Source of the DNA: Chlamydiota bacterium
GTDB lineage: Bacteria; Chlamydiota; Chlamydiia; Chlamydiales; JAJFMA01
DNA length: 40,380 nucleotides
Assembly: GCA_021772415.1 (NCBI GenBank)
Contig: JAJFMA010000096.1
Location: 1 to 40,380, forward strand
Direction of reading: 5' to 3'
Positions 29,340 to 39,315 of the stretch are shown piece after piece. The notes below the pieces were generated by a model. It had not been told where the DNA came from and made no database searches. It was given only the letters and a program-made list of their open reading frames with translations. Position 1 is the first letter of the stretch; every line of letters starts with the position of its first letter. The translations under genes were made by a program, and so were the position numbers.

Positions 29340-29525
29340 TTCGAACCTTAGAAGTAATTCGCTAACAGGGATTTAGCTCTTATTTGTTCTCCCCTATCAG
29401 GAAAACAATTTAGGAGAGTCCTGAGTGTAAGGGTGTCAATTGCAGATTAGTATGCTTTGTCCTTGGAAGGAAATGGATGTTCCTCGATGATGGGCATCTT
29501 TCTAGGTTAAGAAAACGGGCTATTG

Positions 29526-30182
29526 ATGTTGCGAATATGTGTAGTGGGTGTAGCGTGTCTATTGACTCTTACTTCCTGTGGAGGCGAATCAAATACCACG
29601 GAGCGTCTCCCTTGGCAGGGCATTTCGGGGCGCGATGAAGGCAACGCTGAACGTGATCGCGTCTATCGTGTAAGAGTGCCAAGTGAGTGGACACGACGTG
29701 ATCCTGATTCCCATGTGTCTATTACCGACACCATGCTTGCTCTTTGCTCCTTTGACATCGAAGACCCCGCAGGCGCTGTCCATATCGCGGTCCACAATTT
29801 CCCTGCAGAGAGTATGAGCGATCGCATACCTCCTGGTGCTCAGGTCAGTCGTTGGCGCCAGCAGCTGGGCCTTCAAGACCCCTTAAGTTACACCATATCC
29901 CCATGTTCTCACGGAGGCTTTACAGGCCTATGTTTGCAGGGAGACGGTCACAAAGAAGATTCCCCCACTGCCATTCTGGCTTGGGCTATGCAGATAGGGA
30001 CGAAGCATTTTCGTAGCTTAGAGACCTCTGACAGCACTGTTCAGTCGAAGCTATTTCATCAAATGCGAGGTGACTACACCATCAAAGCCACGGGTCCCAA
30101 AGCATCTTTAGAACGACATCAAGACGCTATCGTTGCTTTTGCGCGCAGTTTTGAGCTCATAGAGGAGATTCCCACTCAGTGA
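29526..30182 (+). CDS. Lipoprotein associated with the cytochrome c biogenesis cluster
   Basis: Lipobox LTSC; QVSRWRQQLGL and YTIKATGP segments; GTGA overlap with the next gene. Confidence 0.65.
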   Translation: MLRICVVGVACLLTLTSCGGESNTTERLPWQGISGRDEGNAERDRVYRVRVPSEWTRRDPDSHVSITDTMLALCSFDIEDPAGAVHIAVHNFPAESMSDRIPPGAQVSRWRQQLGLQDPLSYTISPCSHGGFTGLCLQGDGHKEDSPTAILAWAMQIGTKHFRSLETSDSTVQSKLFHQMRGDYTIKATGPKASLERHQDAIVAFARSFELIEEIPTQ

Positions 30183-32572
30183 AGTGTCTACTAAGAGCAC
30201 TATGGACCTTTTTAGGAGGTATCCGCTTTGCGATCATCCTCATATCTCTAGCAGGTATAGGTGTGGCCTTAGGAACGGTTTTGGAGGCCCGAGCCGACTC
30301 TCATGCCTTTGCCGCGCAATGGATCTATAGCAGCTGGGTTTTCAGCTTATTGCTCAGTGGTTTCTTTGTGAATATTCTGGTGTCAGCATTGCGACGCTGG
30401 CCGTTTCGCTGGCATCACGTGCCCTTTTTAATCACGCATTTGGGACTCCTAATGGTACTCGCGGGTGTGATTACCAAACAGTTATTTGGTTTACAGGCGA
30501 CACTCGTTGTCACTGAAGGTGCCGCGACACAAACGGCTTTCGTACGTGACAGCCAAAGCCTGGAAGTCCACTACCGTCCAGAAGGTGGCAAAGACGTCAT
30601 TTCGGAATGGAATATCCCTTCGGGACTATCGCAGCTCGTGGCAATTTCTGGGGAGGCCCCGCCGGAGCTACGCATCAAAAAGCTCCGACAGGCAACGCAC
30701 TCTCGCGAGCGACTAGAGTTTTGGATTAAGGGCAGTCACACATATGTCGAAGGCCTTTCCCCCATACCTGTTCAGGATTGGGAAGGACATCCACACACCG
30801 ATGCTGTGGCAGTAAGCCTGGGTCAAGACCCGGTAGAAACATGGTCCTTTAGTGCATGGCGCTGCGATGAAGATGTTGAAACGGTGATGACCGCTCTGTA
30901 TACCCAAGACTGCATGCTTGTCTGTGAGGATGCTCTGACAGGTGCGCGTCTCGCCAAGACACCTTTGCGCCAAGCTCTTCGTGCAGGTGTGGCCGTCGGT
31001 GACTCTAGCGCAGCTGTAGGGCTCATTATGGGAGAAGGTGGGCGAACCCCACTATTAAAATTGGAGATCACAGAAGCTACGCTCCCGCTGCAGCACACCA
31101 AAATTGCGTTGAATGGCGCCGCAGCCCTGCTCAATAGGACAGAGCACTTTGAAGCATCCGACGCTCCATTAATGTGGAAGCTTGAGCGAACTACGCCCGC
31201 AGTGGCCTTTATCGAAGATTCCTATGGAGACCAATACGTCTGTGCTATGGATGCTCACGGCTTTTTTGGGGCGGAGGCCTTCCCCCAACATGGCTTTGAG
31301 TCACTGTGGGAGCTCGACGGAGGCTATGGCGGGTATGCCGTCGAAACCCAGGTACTTCCTCCTCATGTCGCACGCAGCCTCGAAGATCGGCAAAAAGCCT
31401 ATGACACGGTACTTGAAGAGCTCATTCACTCTAGTACTCAAGGTAGTGTTACCGTCATTGCTCCGCTAAAACTTCTCCACCACGCTTGCGAAGAGACAGG
31501 AAGCGATTTTGGTGCCGCCACAGCGGAACTACTCTCAGTGTGGCGCCGTAGCGGCGGCTGGTTAGTTCCGAAGCAGGCCCCTCTGTCGGTGTCGTTGGAA
31601 CAGACCCTGGCACGTATCGACTGGACCGCAGTTCCAACAGGCACATGGCGTGCTTGCCAATGGACGGCGGAGCTTACTCCTCTTGTGCAGCAGCAACTCC
31701 GCCACCGAGCTACCTCAGGAGCACGTTGGCCCCTACTAGAGATGCTAGGAGTGTACCTCCAGGACGGTAGCAGTAGTATCGAAGCCTTGAACACCCTAGT
31801 CGCTGCTCTGTTTGAAGTGGGTGCTGAGCTGCCCCTGCCGCCCCCTCGTGATGCCACTGCTGTTGCCTCGGCGCAGTGGCTTAGCGCATACTTGCGTGCC
31901 TATGACATCGACCCACACGCGGTGGAGCCTACCCTCGATGACGAGCAGCTTTGGGCCCTACTCGCTAACGACGCAAGCACCTCACAGCGTCCGACCTTGC
32001 GTAGTCCTGTCACCCATCATCACCTTTCGCTGACTCCTTTAGACAAGGTCGAAGACAATCTCCCCTTGGTGCTCCTAAAGATCCAAGACGCACGTGGCAG
32101 CGAGAACATTCCTCTCACATATGACCGTTTTTCGTCGGGCCCGCGTTGGACTGCCCTTGGTGGGCGCTATCTCGTGCGTTTCCAACCAAAGCATCTTGAG
32201 CTCCCCTATCGCGTTAGGCTTCATGACGCGCGCCAAATCAACCAGCCTAACTCGCAGCAAGCGCAGGCCTTTGAAGCTGATGTTTCTGTCACCGACACAC
32301 GTACTGCTCACACACACGAAGTCACACTCAGCATGAACCATGTCTATGAAACTTGGGACGGATACCGCTTTTATCTAGCAAATATCGCACCTCCAACAGA
32401 AACGGACGTGCGTCAGGTTCAACTTGTTGTGAACAGGGACCCTCTTAAGTACTGGCTCACCTATCCCGGAGCTCTTGTGCTCTGTATTGGGATCGTGCTA
32501 CTGTTCGTAATTCGCCCATATAAACAACGAAGAGGCCCCAACGATGGCAGAAAGCAACGTGGCAATCTTTAA
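30179..32572 (+). CDS. ResB/CcsB-like cytochrome c biogenesis protein
   Basis: N-terminal TMs with GTVLE and FLITHLGLL; C-terminal LPYRVRLHD, SMNH...DGYRFY and VNRDP..YLTYPG. Confidence 0.72.
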   Translation: MKCLLRALWTFLGGIRFAIILISLAGIGVALGTVLEARADSHAFAAQWIYSSWVFSLLLSGFFVNILVSALRRWPFRWHHVPFLITHLGLLMVLAGVITKQLFGLQATLVVTEGAATQTAFVRDSQSLEVHYRPEGGKDVISEWNIPSGLSQLVAISGEAPPELRIKKLRQATHSRERLEFWIKGSHTYVEGLSPIPVQDWEGHPHTDAVAVSLGQDPVETWSFSAWRCDEDVETVMTALYTQDCMLVCEDALTGARLAKTPLRQALRAGVAVGDSSAAVGLIMGEGGRTPLLKLEITEATLPLQHTKIALNGAAALLNRTEHFEASDAPLMWKLERTTPAVAFIEDSYGDQYVCAMDAHGFFGAEAFPQHGFESLWELDGGYGGYAVETQVLPPHVARSLEDRQKAYDTVLEELIHSSTQGSVTVIAPLKLLHHACEETGSDFGAATAELLSVWRRSGGWLVPKQAPLSVSLEQTLARIDWTAVPTGTWRACQWTAELTPLVQQQLRHRATSGARWPLLEMLGVYLQDGSSSIEALNTLVAALFEVGAELPLPPPRDATAVASAQWLSAYLRAYDIDPHAVEPTLDDEQLWALLANDASTSQRPTLRSPVTHHHLSLTPLDKVEDNLPLVLLKIQDARGSENIPLTYDRFSSGPRWTALGGRYLVRFQPKHLELPYRVRLHDARQINQPNSQQAQAFEADVSVTDTRTAHTHEVTLSMNHVYETWDGYRFYLANIAPPTETDVRQVQLVVNRDPLKYWLTYPGALVLCIGIVLLFVIRPYKQRRGPNDGRKQRGNL

Positions 32573-33488
32573 CGAACGGACGGAACCGGTCGCAGAGCTC
32601 AGTATTGAGAGCGCCAATACCCTACTCCAAGACGAGCTATCCAACCCTGTCATTAAGGTCACTCCCATTGCTCGGGGTAACCTCAACGAGAACTACATCA
32701 TTAGCTCTGGGGGCAACAAGTATGTTCTCAGAATCCACAAGCGCGATACCAGCAACTGCGCCCTAGAAGCCGCAATCTACGACAAGATCTGCGAAGAGGT
32801 TCCCATTCCTGAACTCATCGCCACCCACAGCGACTCCAAAGGCGCTTGGGCTCTATGGGAATATATTGACGCAACGCCGTTAGACCTACTGAAGAATCAA
32901 AGCGACCCAAAGCTCTGGCATTGCGTCGGTACCGCCTTAGCAAGTATCCACAGCTTCACCTTTGACGAAGCCGGCCTGCTTGGTTCGGACCTCCATGTTA
33001 TCTATCCGTTCGCACGGGGAAGCTCTCCCTACTACGTGGAAACGCGACGCCTCATCCACGACTCTACTCTCGTTAGAAAACGTCTCGGTGGAGAGCTCAC
33101 CCCAAAGGTAGCTGCTTTCGTCGACCAACACAGAGATTTTTTTCCTGTGATGGGTGCTACCGCAGCACTTGTCCATTCGGATTTCCGTCCCGACAATATC
33201 CTGGTTACCGACGATGGAGATGTTTTTGTCGTCGACTGGGAATTTTCCCATGCTGGTAGCCCTGTTCTCGATTTCGCTGTGCTGTTAAGGCACCAGGCTG
33301 TCTGTCCAGTGGATATCGACGCACTCACACAGGGCTACGAAGAGGCTGGAGGCTACCTTGGTGAAGAATGGCGCCAGCAAGCCCAGGTCTCTGATCTGGT
33401 AAATATCTTACAGCTCCTTGACCGAGACGCAAACAGGCCTAACCTATATGCCTTCCTCATCGAGCGGGTAGCAGATATCGTGAAGTAG
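32544..33488 (+). CDS. APH/choline kinase-like phosphotransferase
   Basis: KYVLR, LVHSDFRPDNIL and VVDWEF motifs. Confidence 0.85.
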   Translation: MAESNVAIFNERTEPVAELSIESANTLLQDELSNPVIKVTPIARGNLNENYIISSGGNKYVLRIHKRDTSNCALEAAIYDKICEEVPIPELIATHSDSKGAWALWEYIDATPLDLLKNQSDPKLWHCVGTALASIHSFTFDEAGLLGSDLHVIYPFARGSSPYYVETRRLIHDSTLVRKRLGGELTPKVAAFVDQHRDFFPVMGATAALVHSDFRPDNILVTDDGDVFVVDWEFSHAGSPVLDFAVLLRHQAVCPVDIDALTQGYEEAGGYLGEEWRQQAQVSDLVNILQLLDRDANRPNLYAFLIERVADIVK

Positions 33489-33498
33489 TGCTTGGGCA

Positions 33499-33757
33499 TG
33501 GTTTCCCTGCAAAAAAGCAAGACACCAGGAAAAACAGGAATAGAGGAAATAGAGGAATAGGAAGAAGGAAGCTTTGAGCCTGTTCCGTTCCTACTTTTCC
33601 TACTCTTACTTCGTATCTGCGCTTACCTGGCTAAAAGAAGGTCAGGAAATGTAGGAAAAGTAAGAAAGAACCACTCACAAAGCCTCCTTCCCACCCTTAC
33701 TTCTTTTCCTGATTCTCCTGGCACTCCTGGTTTCCCTGCAAAAAGACAAGACACCAG
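33499..33757. repeat. Nested purine/pyrimidine hairpin element bracketed by 30-bp direct repeats
   Basis: TGGTTTCCCTGCAAAAA(AG/GA)CAAGACACCAG at 33499-33528 and 33728-33757 (28/30), with inverted AGGAA/TTCCT arms between. Confidence 0.82.
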
Positions 33758-33834
33758 CCATCAGTACGGCTACTATTGACAGACGAGGGGACTCCGTGGC
33801 AGGTTGTATCTCCGTCGTATGTTAGGAACATGTC

Positions 33835-35859
33835 ATGCTTAGAATTTTCGCCGTCCTTGCAACGTTACTATGCTCGCTGTCGTCTACAGGATGGACAGCG
33901 CCTCCAGACGCCCGGGAACTGAAAGTTGTGCCCGTTGCCCATCAGGGACGTTTTCGTCCGATGGATGCATCAGCTCGCCTGTGGCTCCATGACCTCTATA
34001 GCAAGCAGCGTCTCAAAGGCAGCGACGCCGACATCGCCGCACTCCCCAACCGCGACGCCATCACTCTCGCCTGGCAGGTGCACCTTCGTGGGCATGAGCC
34101 ATACGACGACATGCCCCTGTTCTTCCTTGGTAGTGCCAAGGTCAAAGAAGCCTTAAATCTCAATACTAAAACAAGCCGCTTCACCCTGAACGAACTCCTC
34201 GAGGGTTTTGACAACTTCCGTGCTGGATGGCTCGAAATCCTCGTCCGCCACCACTACATCGAAGCGTACCATGCCCACGCCAACCGCAGCGCCGCAACGC
34301 GTTTGGAACTCACTTCATTAGTACCGGGGCTCTGGGTGGCAATGCGCGACAACAAACTAGTCATCCAACGCACTCCCAATGTATGGCCGTGGCAGGATAT
34401 CCCCAAAGGCACCGTCGTTGGGGAGGGGGTCCACGGACGCATTGCCGAGCGGAACCGCCAGCGCCCTGAGGTGGAATCTCTTACCACTCTTCTCCAGCAG
34501 ATAGACGCCTACACTGTACTCGAGGATATTGAGGCGAGTGAGAAATCGCTTATGGATCTGTCTGAAAGCCTCCAAATCCAAGGTAATTCCCGCGCTGACA
34601 TCGCGCAAATAATCGAGCAGACCTCTCCGTTGAAATCGCGCCTACAGACCGCAGGGGTCGACTTTCGGATGCTGCCGGACCGCCACAACCCTAGCCGATG
34701 GTACTCGTTACGAGCACTCCAGCTACTCCAGTACAACCCTACTCTGCACTTGTGGCAGCCGATCAAGAATTTCACTGCGTTCTCCGATCTAACCTTTGAA
34801 ACAGCGCAGCGCCACTATATCGCGTTAAGCGATGGTAGCGGCACTGACGCCAATATGCGCGGCCTTGTGGCGGCTCTTGAAGGAGGCTATAATGAGCTAC
34901 GCGCATCCCACGCTATTCCGTCGTTACCATCACAGCAGCAACTCCACGCCGAAGTCTTCTACTACAAATTCCCTTGGGGGATGCTCGCCGCTGCTATTTA
35001 CTTCCTTGCTCTAATAGCCTGCGTATTGTCTACAAGCCTAAAGTTGCAGTGGATCACTACAACGAGCATCGCCCTGACAGCTGTCGCATTCATCTTTCAT
35101 ACGGGGATTTTAGCGCTGCGGATGTATGTTCTCCAACGCCCCCCAGTGGCGAATATGTTCGAGACTGTACTCTACGTCCCATGGGTTGCTGTCGCGATAG
35201 CGCTCGTGGCACGCATATGGCAGCGCACGCCATGGGCCCTGATGGCAGCGTGTTTCCAAGCCTGCACCCTACTTATTCTTTTGGAACTCACTCAACTCCA
35301 CAGCGGCCTCGAGCCCGTCCAGCCTGTACTGAACTCGCAGTTTTGGCTCACTATCCACGTCCTTATGGTCGTTGCCAGCTATGGGGTGTTCATTCTAAGT
35401 GGCATCATGGGGCACCTATATCTTCTGGGCCGAGCACTGGGATGGCAGCTTCCCTACTCTGAGATCGCCCGCGGGATCCTCAACACTCTGTACATTGGTG
35501 TGGCCCTGCTCATTCCCGGCACCCTACTTGGTGGCGTGTGGGCAGCAGAAAGCTGGGGGCGCTTCTGGGACTGGGATCCAAAAGAGTCATGGGCCTTCAT
35601 CTCTAGCTGCGTCTACCTGGGGTGGATCCACGCCTACACTTTCCGTAAAATCGGGGACCTAGGCCTTGCCATCGGCAGCATCGTAGGCCTTTGGGCTATC
35701 AGCTTCACCTGGTACGGCGTCAACTACATTTTGGGAACGGGCCTCCATAGCTACGGATTTGGAAGTGGAGGAGAGCACTATTACTATCTCTTTTTGGCCG
35801 GAGAATTCCTTTTTGTGGCGACATGTACCCTGGCAAGTGGACGTAGAAAGCTGGTGTGA
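33835..35859 (+). CDS. ccsA: Cytochrome c biogenesis protein CcsA (system II) with N-terminal extension
   Basis: GRFRPMD N-terminus, PVLNSQFWLTIHV, WWD domain WAAESWGRFWDWDPKESW and GLHSY. Confidence 0.9.
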   Translation: MLRIFAVLATLLCSLSSTGWTAPPDARELKVVPVAHQGRFRPMDASARLWLHDLYSKQRLKGSDADIAALPNRDAITLAWQVHLRGHEPYDDMPLFFLGSAKVKEALNLNTKTSRFTLNELLEGFDNFRAGWLEILVRHHYIEAYHAHANRSAATRLELTSLVPGLWVAMRDNKLVIQRTPNVWPWQDIPKGTVVGEGVHGRIAERNRQRPEVESLTTLLQQIDAYTVLEDIEASEKSLMDLSESLQIQGNSRADIAQIIEQTSPLKSRLQTAGVDFRMLPDRHNPSRWYSLRALQLLQYNPTLHLWQPIKNFTAFSDLTFETAQRHYIALSDGSGTDANMRGLVAALEGGYNELRASHAIPSLPSQQQLHAEVFYYKFPWGMLAAAIYFLALIACVLSTSLKLQWITTTSIALTAVAFIFHTGILALRMYVLQRPPVANMFETVLYVPWVAVAIALVARIWQRTPWALMAACFQACTLLILLELTQLHSGLEPVQPVLNSQFWLTIHVLMVVASYGVFILSGIMGHLYLLGRALGWQLPYSEIARGILNTLYIGVALLIPGTLLGGVWAAESWGRFWDWDPKESWAFISSCVYLGWIHAYTFRKIGDLGLAIGSIVGLWAISFTWYGVNYILGTGLHSYGFGSGGEHYYYLFLAGEFLFVATCTLASGRRKLV

Positions 35860-36052
35860 CACCCCTATACCACTTACTATTAAAGAATTATGTTCATTTT
35901 CTGTTTGTGTTGAAAAAAAAGAAGATGTTAAAATATCTACGTGTGTGGATAATATAGCGCCTTGAACTATCACCGTGGATCTCTGTTGAGCAGATCAAGG
36001 CTTTATATAGCGTTCTACCTAAACTATCTGTGAATTACTACGTGGACTGACA

Positions 36053-36529
36053 ATGAGACACGTTAAAAGCGAAAGATTGAAAAAATTTGAGGCCGAGCTC
36101 ACTGACCTAGAGCAATGGCTTAAGCTCGGTTTGGTGCCCAAGAAAGATATCGAAAAGCACCAAGAAGAAATCGAAACCGTTAAGGTTAAGATCGAAGAAG
36201 AGCGAGAAAGGCTGGAATTCCTCAAGGAAAGTGGTGAAGGTGAGGAGTATGTCGCTCCCAAGCGTTCCGCGCGCCCAAGCACGTACACCGAAATGCCATC
36301 ACTGCCTGATGTAGATATGGGCGACACCCATGCTGGCGGCGGGGCTACGCAGTTTGACCTCGACTCAGAAAGCCAGGCAGGCGACAGCTCCGTCATCGCA
36401 GACCGCGACGACGACGACGACGCCGAGACCGTTGCTGAAGACGACATGGAAGACGAAGAATCCTACTTCAGTGACCGTAACCGCTGGAAGCGCGGCGGTA
36501 TCATCGACCCCGATGCCGACGACTGGTGA
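36053..36529 (+). CDS. Conserved chlamydial acidic coiled-coil protein (CT053-like)
   Basis: KSERLKK..EL.DL.QW..LGLVPKK N-terminus and FSDRNRWKRGGIIDPDADDW C-terminus; from recollection of the C. trachomatis protein next to hemN. Confidence 0.75.
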   Translation: MRHVKSERLKKFEAELTDLEQWLKLGLVPKKDIEKHQEEIETVKVKIEEERERLEFLKESGEGEEYVAPKRSARPSTYTEMPSLPDVDMGDTHAGGGATQFDLDSESQAGDSSVIADRDDDDDAETVAEDDMEDEESYFSDRNRWKRGGIIDPDADDW

Positions 36530-36536
36530 TCCACAT

Positions 36537-37673
36537 GTGAGCGCCAACACTGTTGGCCTCTACGTGCACCTTCCCTTCTGTCGCCACAAGTGCGGCTATT
36601 GCCACTTCTTTGTGCTGCCTGACCGTGAAGACCTCAAAGACTCCCTAGCTCGGGGCTTAGCTCTCGAGTGGGCACGCGTGCGCCCCTATTTTTCTAATAA
36701 GACTCTCGTTTCCATCTATTTTGGCGGAGGCACCCCTAGCCTCTACGGCCCCGAACGCCTGGGCGCCTTCTTGTCATTGCTCGCTGACGAGGCCACTCTG
36801 GCACCTGAATGCGAAATCACACTGGAAGCCAATCCCGAAGATGTAAGTGAAGCGCTCATACGCGACTACGCCAGTGTGGGTGTCAACAGAGTGAGTATGG
36901 GAATTCAGAGCCTAGACGACGACCTGCTGCAGCTACTGACACGCACACACAGCTCCGCAGACGCCGTTCGGGCCGTGCAAGCAGTTGGCTATGCTGGCAT
37001 CGACAATATCTCCGTAGACCTCATGTATGACATCCCACAGCAGAATCTAGCCACATGGGAGACCACGCTGGCGCGGGCATGTACACTTCCGATTCAGCAT
37101 CTGTCGCTGTACAATTTGACTATCGAGCCACACACGGCGTTTTATAAACGGCGTGAGCAGCTGGAAGCAAAGAGACCTCCCGACGACGAATCACGCCGCA
37201 TGTATGAGAGTGCCATCGCGCATTTCGAAGCCGCGGGCCTTATGCAGTATGAGATATCAGCTTTCGCGCGCCGTGGCCATGAAGCTATCCACAACAGTGG
37301 CTATTGGACGGGGCGTCCCTTTTGGGGTTTGGGCCCTTCGGCATACAGCTACTGGGAGGGAGCTCGCCTGCGTAATGTCGCCCACCTGGGGAAGTACCTA
37401 AAAAAGCTCGAAGCCGGTGAGCCTGCCCATGATTTTGTTGAAAAGCTCGAGCCCGCAGCACACACCCGTGAGATGCTCGTCATCGCCCTGCGGCTCGTTA
37501 GCGGTGTAGACCTTCCCAATTTTGAAGCACAGCATGGTGTGTTGGATACCGAGACATTGGCAAGCCTTAAGGCCCTGGCAAGCGATGGACTTGTTGTTCA
37601 CGAGGGAAGTCAACTGCTCTTGACCCCGCGGGGTCGTCTCTTCTACGATAGCGTCGCCACAGAACTTGTGTAG
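36537..37673 (+). CDS. hemW: Radical SAM heme chaperone HemW (HemN-like)
   Basis: LYVHLPFCRHKCGYC, YFGGGTPS, EITLEANP, QYEISAF and HNSGYW; GTG start at 36537. Confidence 0.9.
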   Translation: MSANTVGLYVHLPFCRHKCGYCHFFVLPDREDLKDSLARGLALEWARVRPYFSNKTLVSIYFGGGTPSLYGPERLGAFLSLLADEATLAPECEITLEANPEDVSEALIRDYASVGVNRVSMGIQSLDDDLLQLLTRTHSSADAVRAVQAVGYAGIDNISVDLMYDIPQQNLATWETTLARACTLPIQHLSLYNLTIEPHTAFYKRREQLEAKRPPDDESRRMYESAIAHFEAAGLMQYEISAFARRGHEAIHNSGYWTGRPFWGLGPSAYSYWEGARLRNVAHLGKYLKKLEAGEPAHDFVEKLEPAAHTREMLVIALRLVSGVDLPNFEAQHGVLDTETLASLKALASDGLVVHEGSQLLLTPRGRLFYDSVATELV

Positions 37674-37681
37674 GAGCCACA

Positions 37682-38302
37682 ATGCCCCGAGTGTTAGCAC
37701 TTGTCGCCCGCGATCACGGGCTAGCAGGATTGAAAACGCTACTTGATAGCGAGGACTATACTGTTGCCGCGATCGCCACGCACCGCCACCTGCCGCGCAG
37801 CGAAGATCCCGCGCGTAGCGAACGCCCAGAGTTCGCACACTACGCTGCCTTAGCGGCGGCGCGTGCTATCCCACTGCTTACCGTCGATACCAAGCATGAT
37901 CAAGAAGAGTTCGAGAACTTGTGCACTCAGATCAATTATGATGTGGTGCTGTCGATAAGCTGGAGGCGTTGGATCCCCACGGAGCTGTGCGCCCGCGCTG
38001 CGTACGGAGGCATTAACCTACATCGCGGTAAGCTCCCAGAGTACGCCGGCGCAGAGCCAATTAAAAGAGCTTTAGAGATGGGCGATACACGCATCAAAAT
38101 CACGGCGCATGTTCTCGATGAAGAAATCGACGCCGGAGAGGTTCTTGCAACTGTTGAACACCCTGCTGAGCGCGGAGCCAATGAGTCGGTGGATGCCGCT
38201 GTGGAGCGTCTCAAACGCGAAATCACGCCGCTTTTTGGACCGCTACTCATCGAGACATTGAACAAAATAACAAAGACTGGCGAGCTGACGCAGCGTAGCT
38301 AA
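37682..38302 (+). CDS. Stand-alone formyltransferase (Formyl_trans_N)
   Basis: GINLHRGKLPEYAGAEPI and AHVLDEEIDAGEV; AGGAG RBS. Confidence 0.8.
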   Translation: MPRVLALVARDHGLAGLKTLLDSEDYTVAAIATHRHLPRSEDPARSERPEFAHYAALAAARAIPLLTVDTKHDQEEFENLCTQINYDVVLSISWRRWIPTELCARAAYGGINLHRGKLPEYAGAEPIKRALEMGDTRIKITAHVLDEEIDAGEVLATVEHPAERGANESVDAAVERLKREITPLFGPLLIETLNKITKTGELTQRS

Positions 38303-38342
38303 CTGCGAGGCCGCTCACCGATGTGCAATGAGCTTTGAGTTA

Positions 38343-38470
38343 CCTTTGCGCCTTGCATTCTTTGCTTCTTTGCGTTTTCTCTCACGTAAATCTAAACAAG
38401 CCAATGCAAAGGGCTTGTTAAATCTACATGAAAAGAAACGCAAAGGCGCGAAGATTCGAAGACGCAAAGG
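38343..38470. repeat. Imperfect long hairpin of the same 8-nt (ACGCAAAG) family as 4542-4681
   Basis: 38343-38402 pairs with 38412-38470; lies between convergent genes. Confidence 0.8.
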
Positions 38471-38533
38471 AAGAAAGGGACAGACGTACAATTGTTTGCA
38501 CCACTGTACAAGAGTATGATGCAAAAGAGGTCT

Positions 38534-38560
38534 CTCTGTGCTCTCGGTGGTCTCGGTGGT
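38534..38560 (+). repeat. Solo 9-nt periodic arm CTCTGTGCT-CTCGGTGGT-CTCGGTGGT
   Basis: Three tandem 9-mers followed by ATTTTT. Confidence 0.55.
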
Positions 38561-38592
38561 ATTTTTCCCTCGGTAGAATGCGTCACATTCTA

Positions 38593-39312
38593 CTACGTAG
38601 CAAAGAGGAAGATGGCAGGCTTCTTGTGGAGGTTTGGCAAATCTGAGCGCTTCCACACCGACACCGGCTGTGTAACGAGCCCTTGGTCGGGGAGCGTGAG
38701 ATTCCACGCCACACATAACACTGTTTTGGGATCTAAAACTTCGAGCAAACTCTCCATGAGATGCCCATTGCGGTGGGGGGCTTCAATAACGATCTGTGTT
38801 GCGCGCGTCTTCTTTGCAGCCGCTTCAATTTGTTTGATGGACTCTCCACGCCTGGCGACATCACGGTCAAGGTATCCATGGAATGTGAACGACTGTCCAG
38901 GCAGGCCTGACTGCATAAGCGCCAATGTCACTGCTGATGGCCCTACGAACGCCTGTATGTTGACGCCTTGGTTGCGTGCACGGCTCACAAGCTTATGCCC
39001 AGGGTCTGCTATGCAAGGCATGCCAGCATCAGACACAAGGCCCCAGCGCTCACCTGCTATCACAGGCTCGAGTAAGAAATCGAGGTCGCTGTCATCGGTG
39101 TGCTTATTGAGAAGTGCCATAGGCATAAGATGTGCGGCTTTCTTTGTTTCAAAGCGCCCCAAGAACCTTCTGCCGCCGCCCTCGCTTTCGGCAATCAAAC
39201 CATCGAGGTTTGCCATCGCCTTGTCAACACTAGCAGGAAGAAAGGGCTGGTGATGCTTATGTTCCCCAAGAAGGTTCGGAAGAAGGAGTAATGTACCGCG
39301 TTTTTTTGACAT
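38593..39312 (-). CDS. RsmI-like SAM-dependent (tetrapyrrole methylase fold) methyltransferase
   Basis: LLLPNLLG, GLVSDAGMPCIADPG, VGPSA..LALMQSGL and FTFHGYL. Confidence 0.82.
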   Translation of the reverse strand: MSKKRGTLLLLPNLLGEHKHHQPFLPASVDKAMANLDGLIAESEGGGRRFLGRFETKKAAHLMPMALLNKHTDDSDLDFLLEPVIAGERWGLVSDAGMPCIADPGHKLVSRARNQGVNIQAFVGPSAVTLALMQSGLPGQSFTFHGYLDRDVARRGESIKQIEAAAKKTRATQIVIEAPHRNGHLMESLLEVLDPKTVLCVAWNLTLPDQGLVTQPVSVWKRSDLPNLHKKPAIFLFAT

Positions 39313-39315
39313 CGA

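Noticed and set aside
35944-35952. Perfect DnaA box (TGTGGATAA) suggesting oriC
   Set aside because: A single 9-mer is expected about 0.3 times per 40 kb by chance; no cluster of boxes noticed
36330-36536. N-terminal extension of HemW in the ORF track (447 aa)
   Set aside because: Overlaps the CT053-like gene; the GTG at 36537 gives a normal-length HemW
38315-39253. ORFs 38315-38716, 38328-38519, 38428-38646 and 38492-39253
   Set aside because: They span the repeat hairpin or lie antisense to the RsmI-like gene; no coding signal
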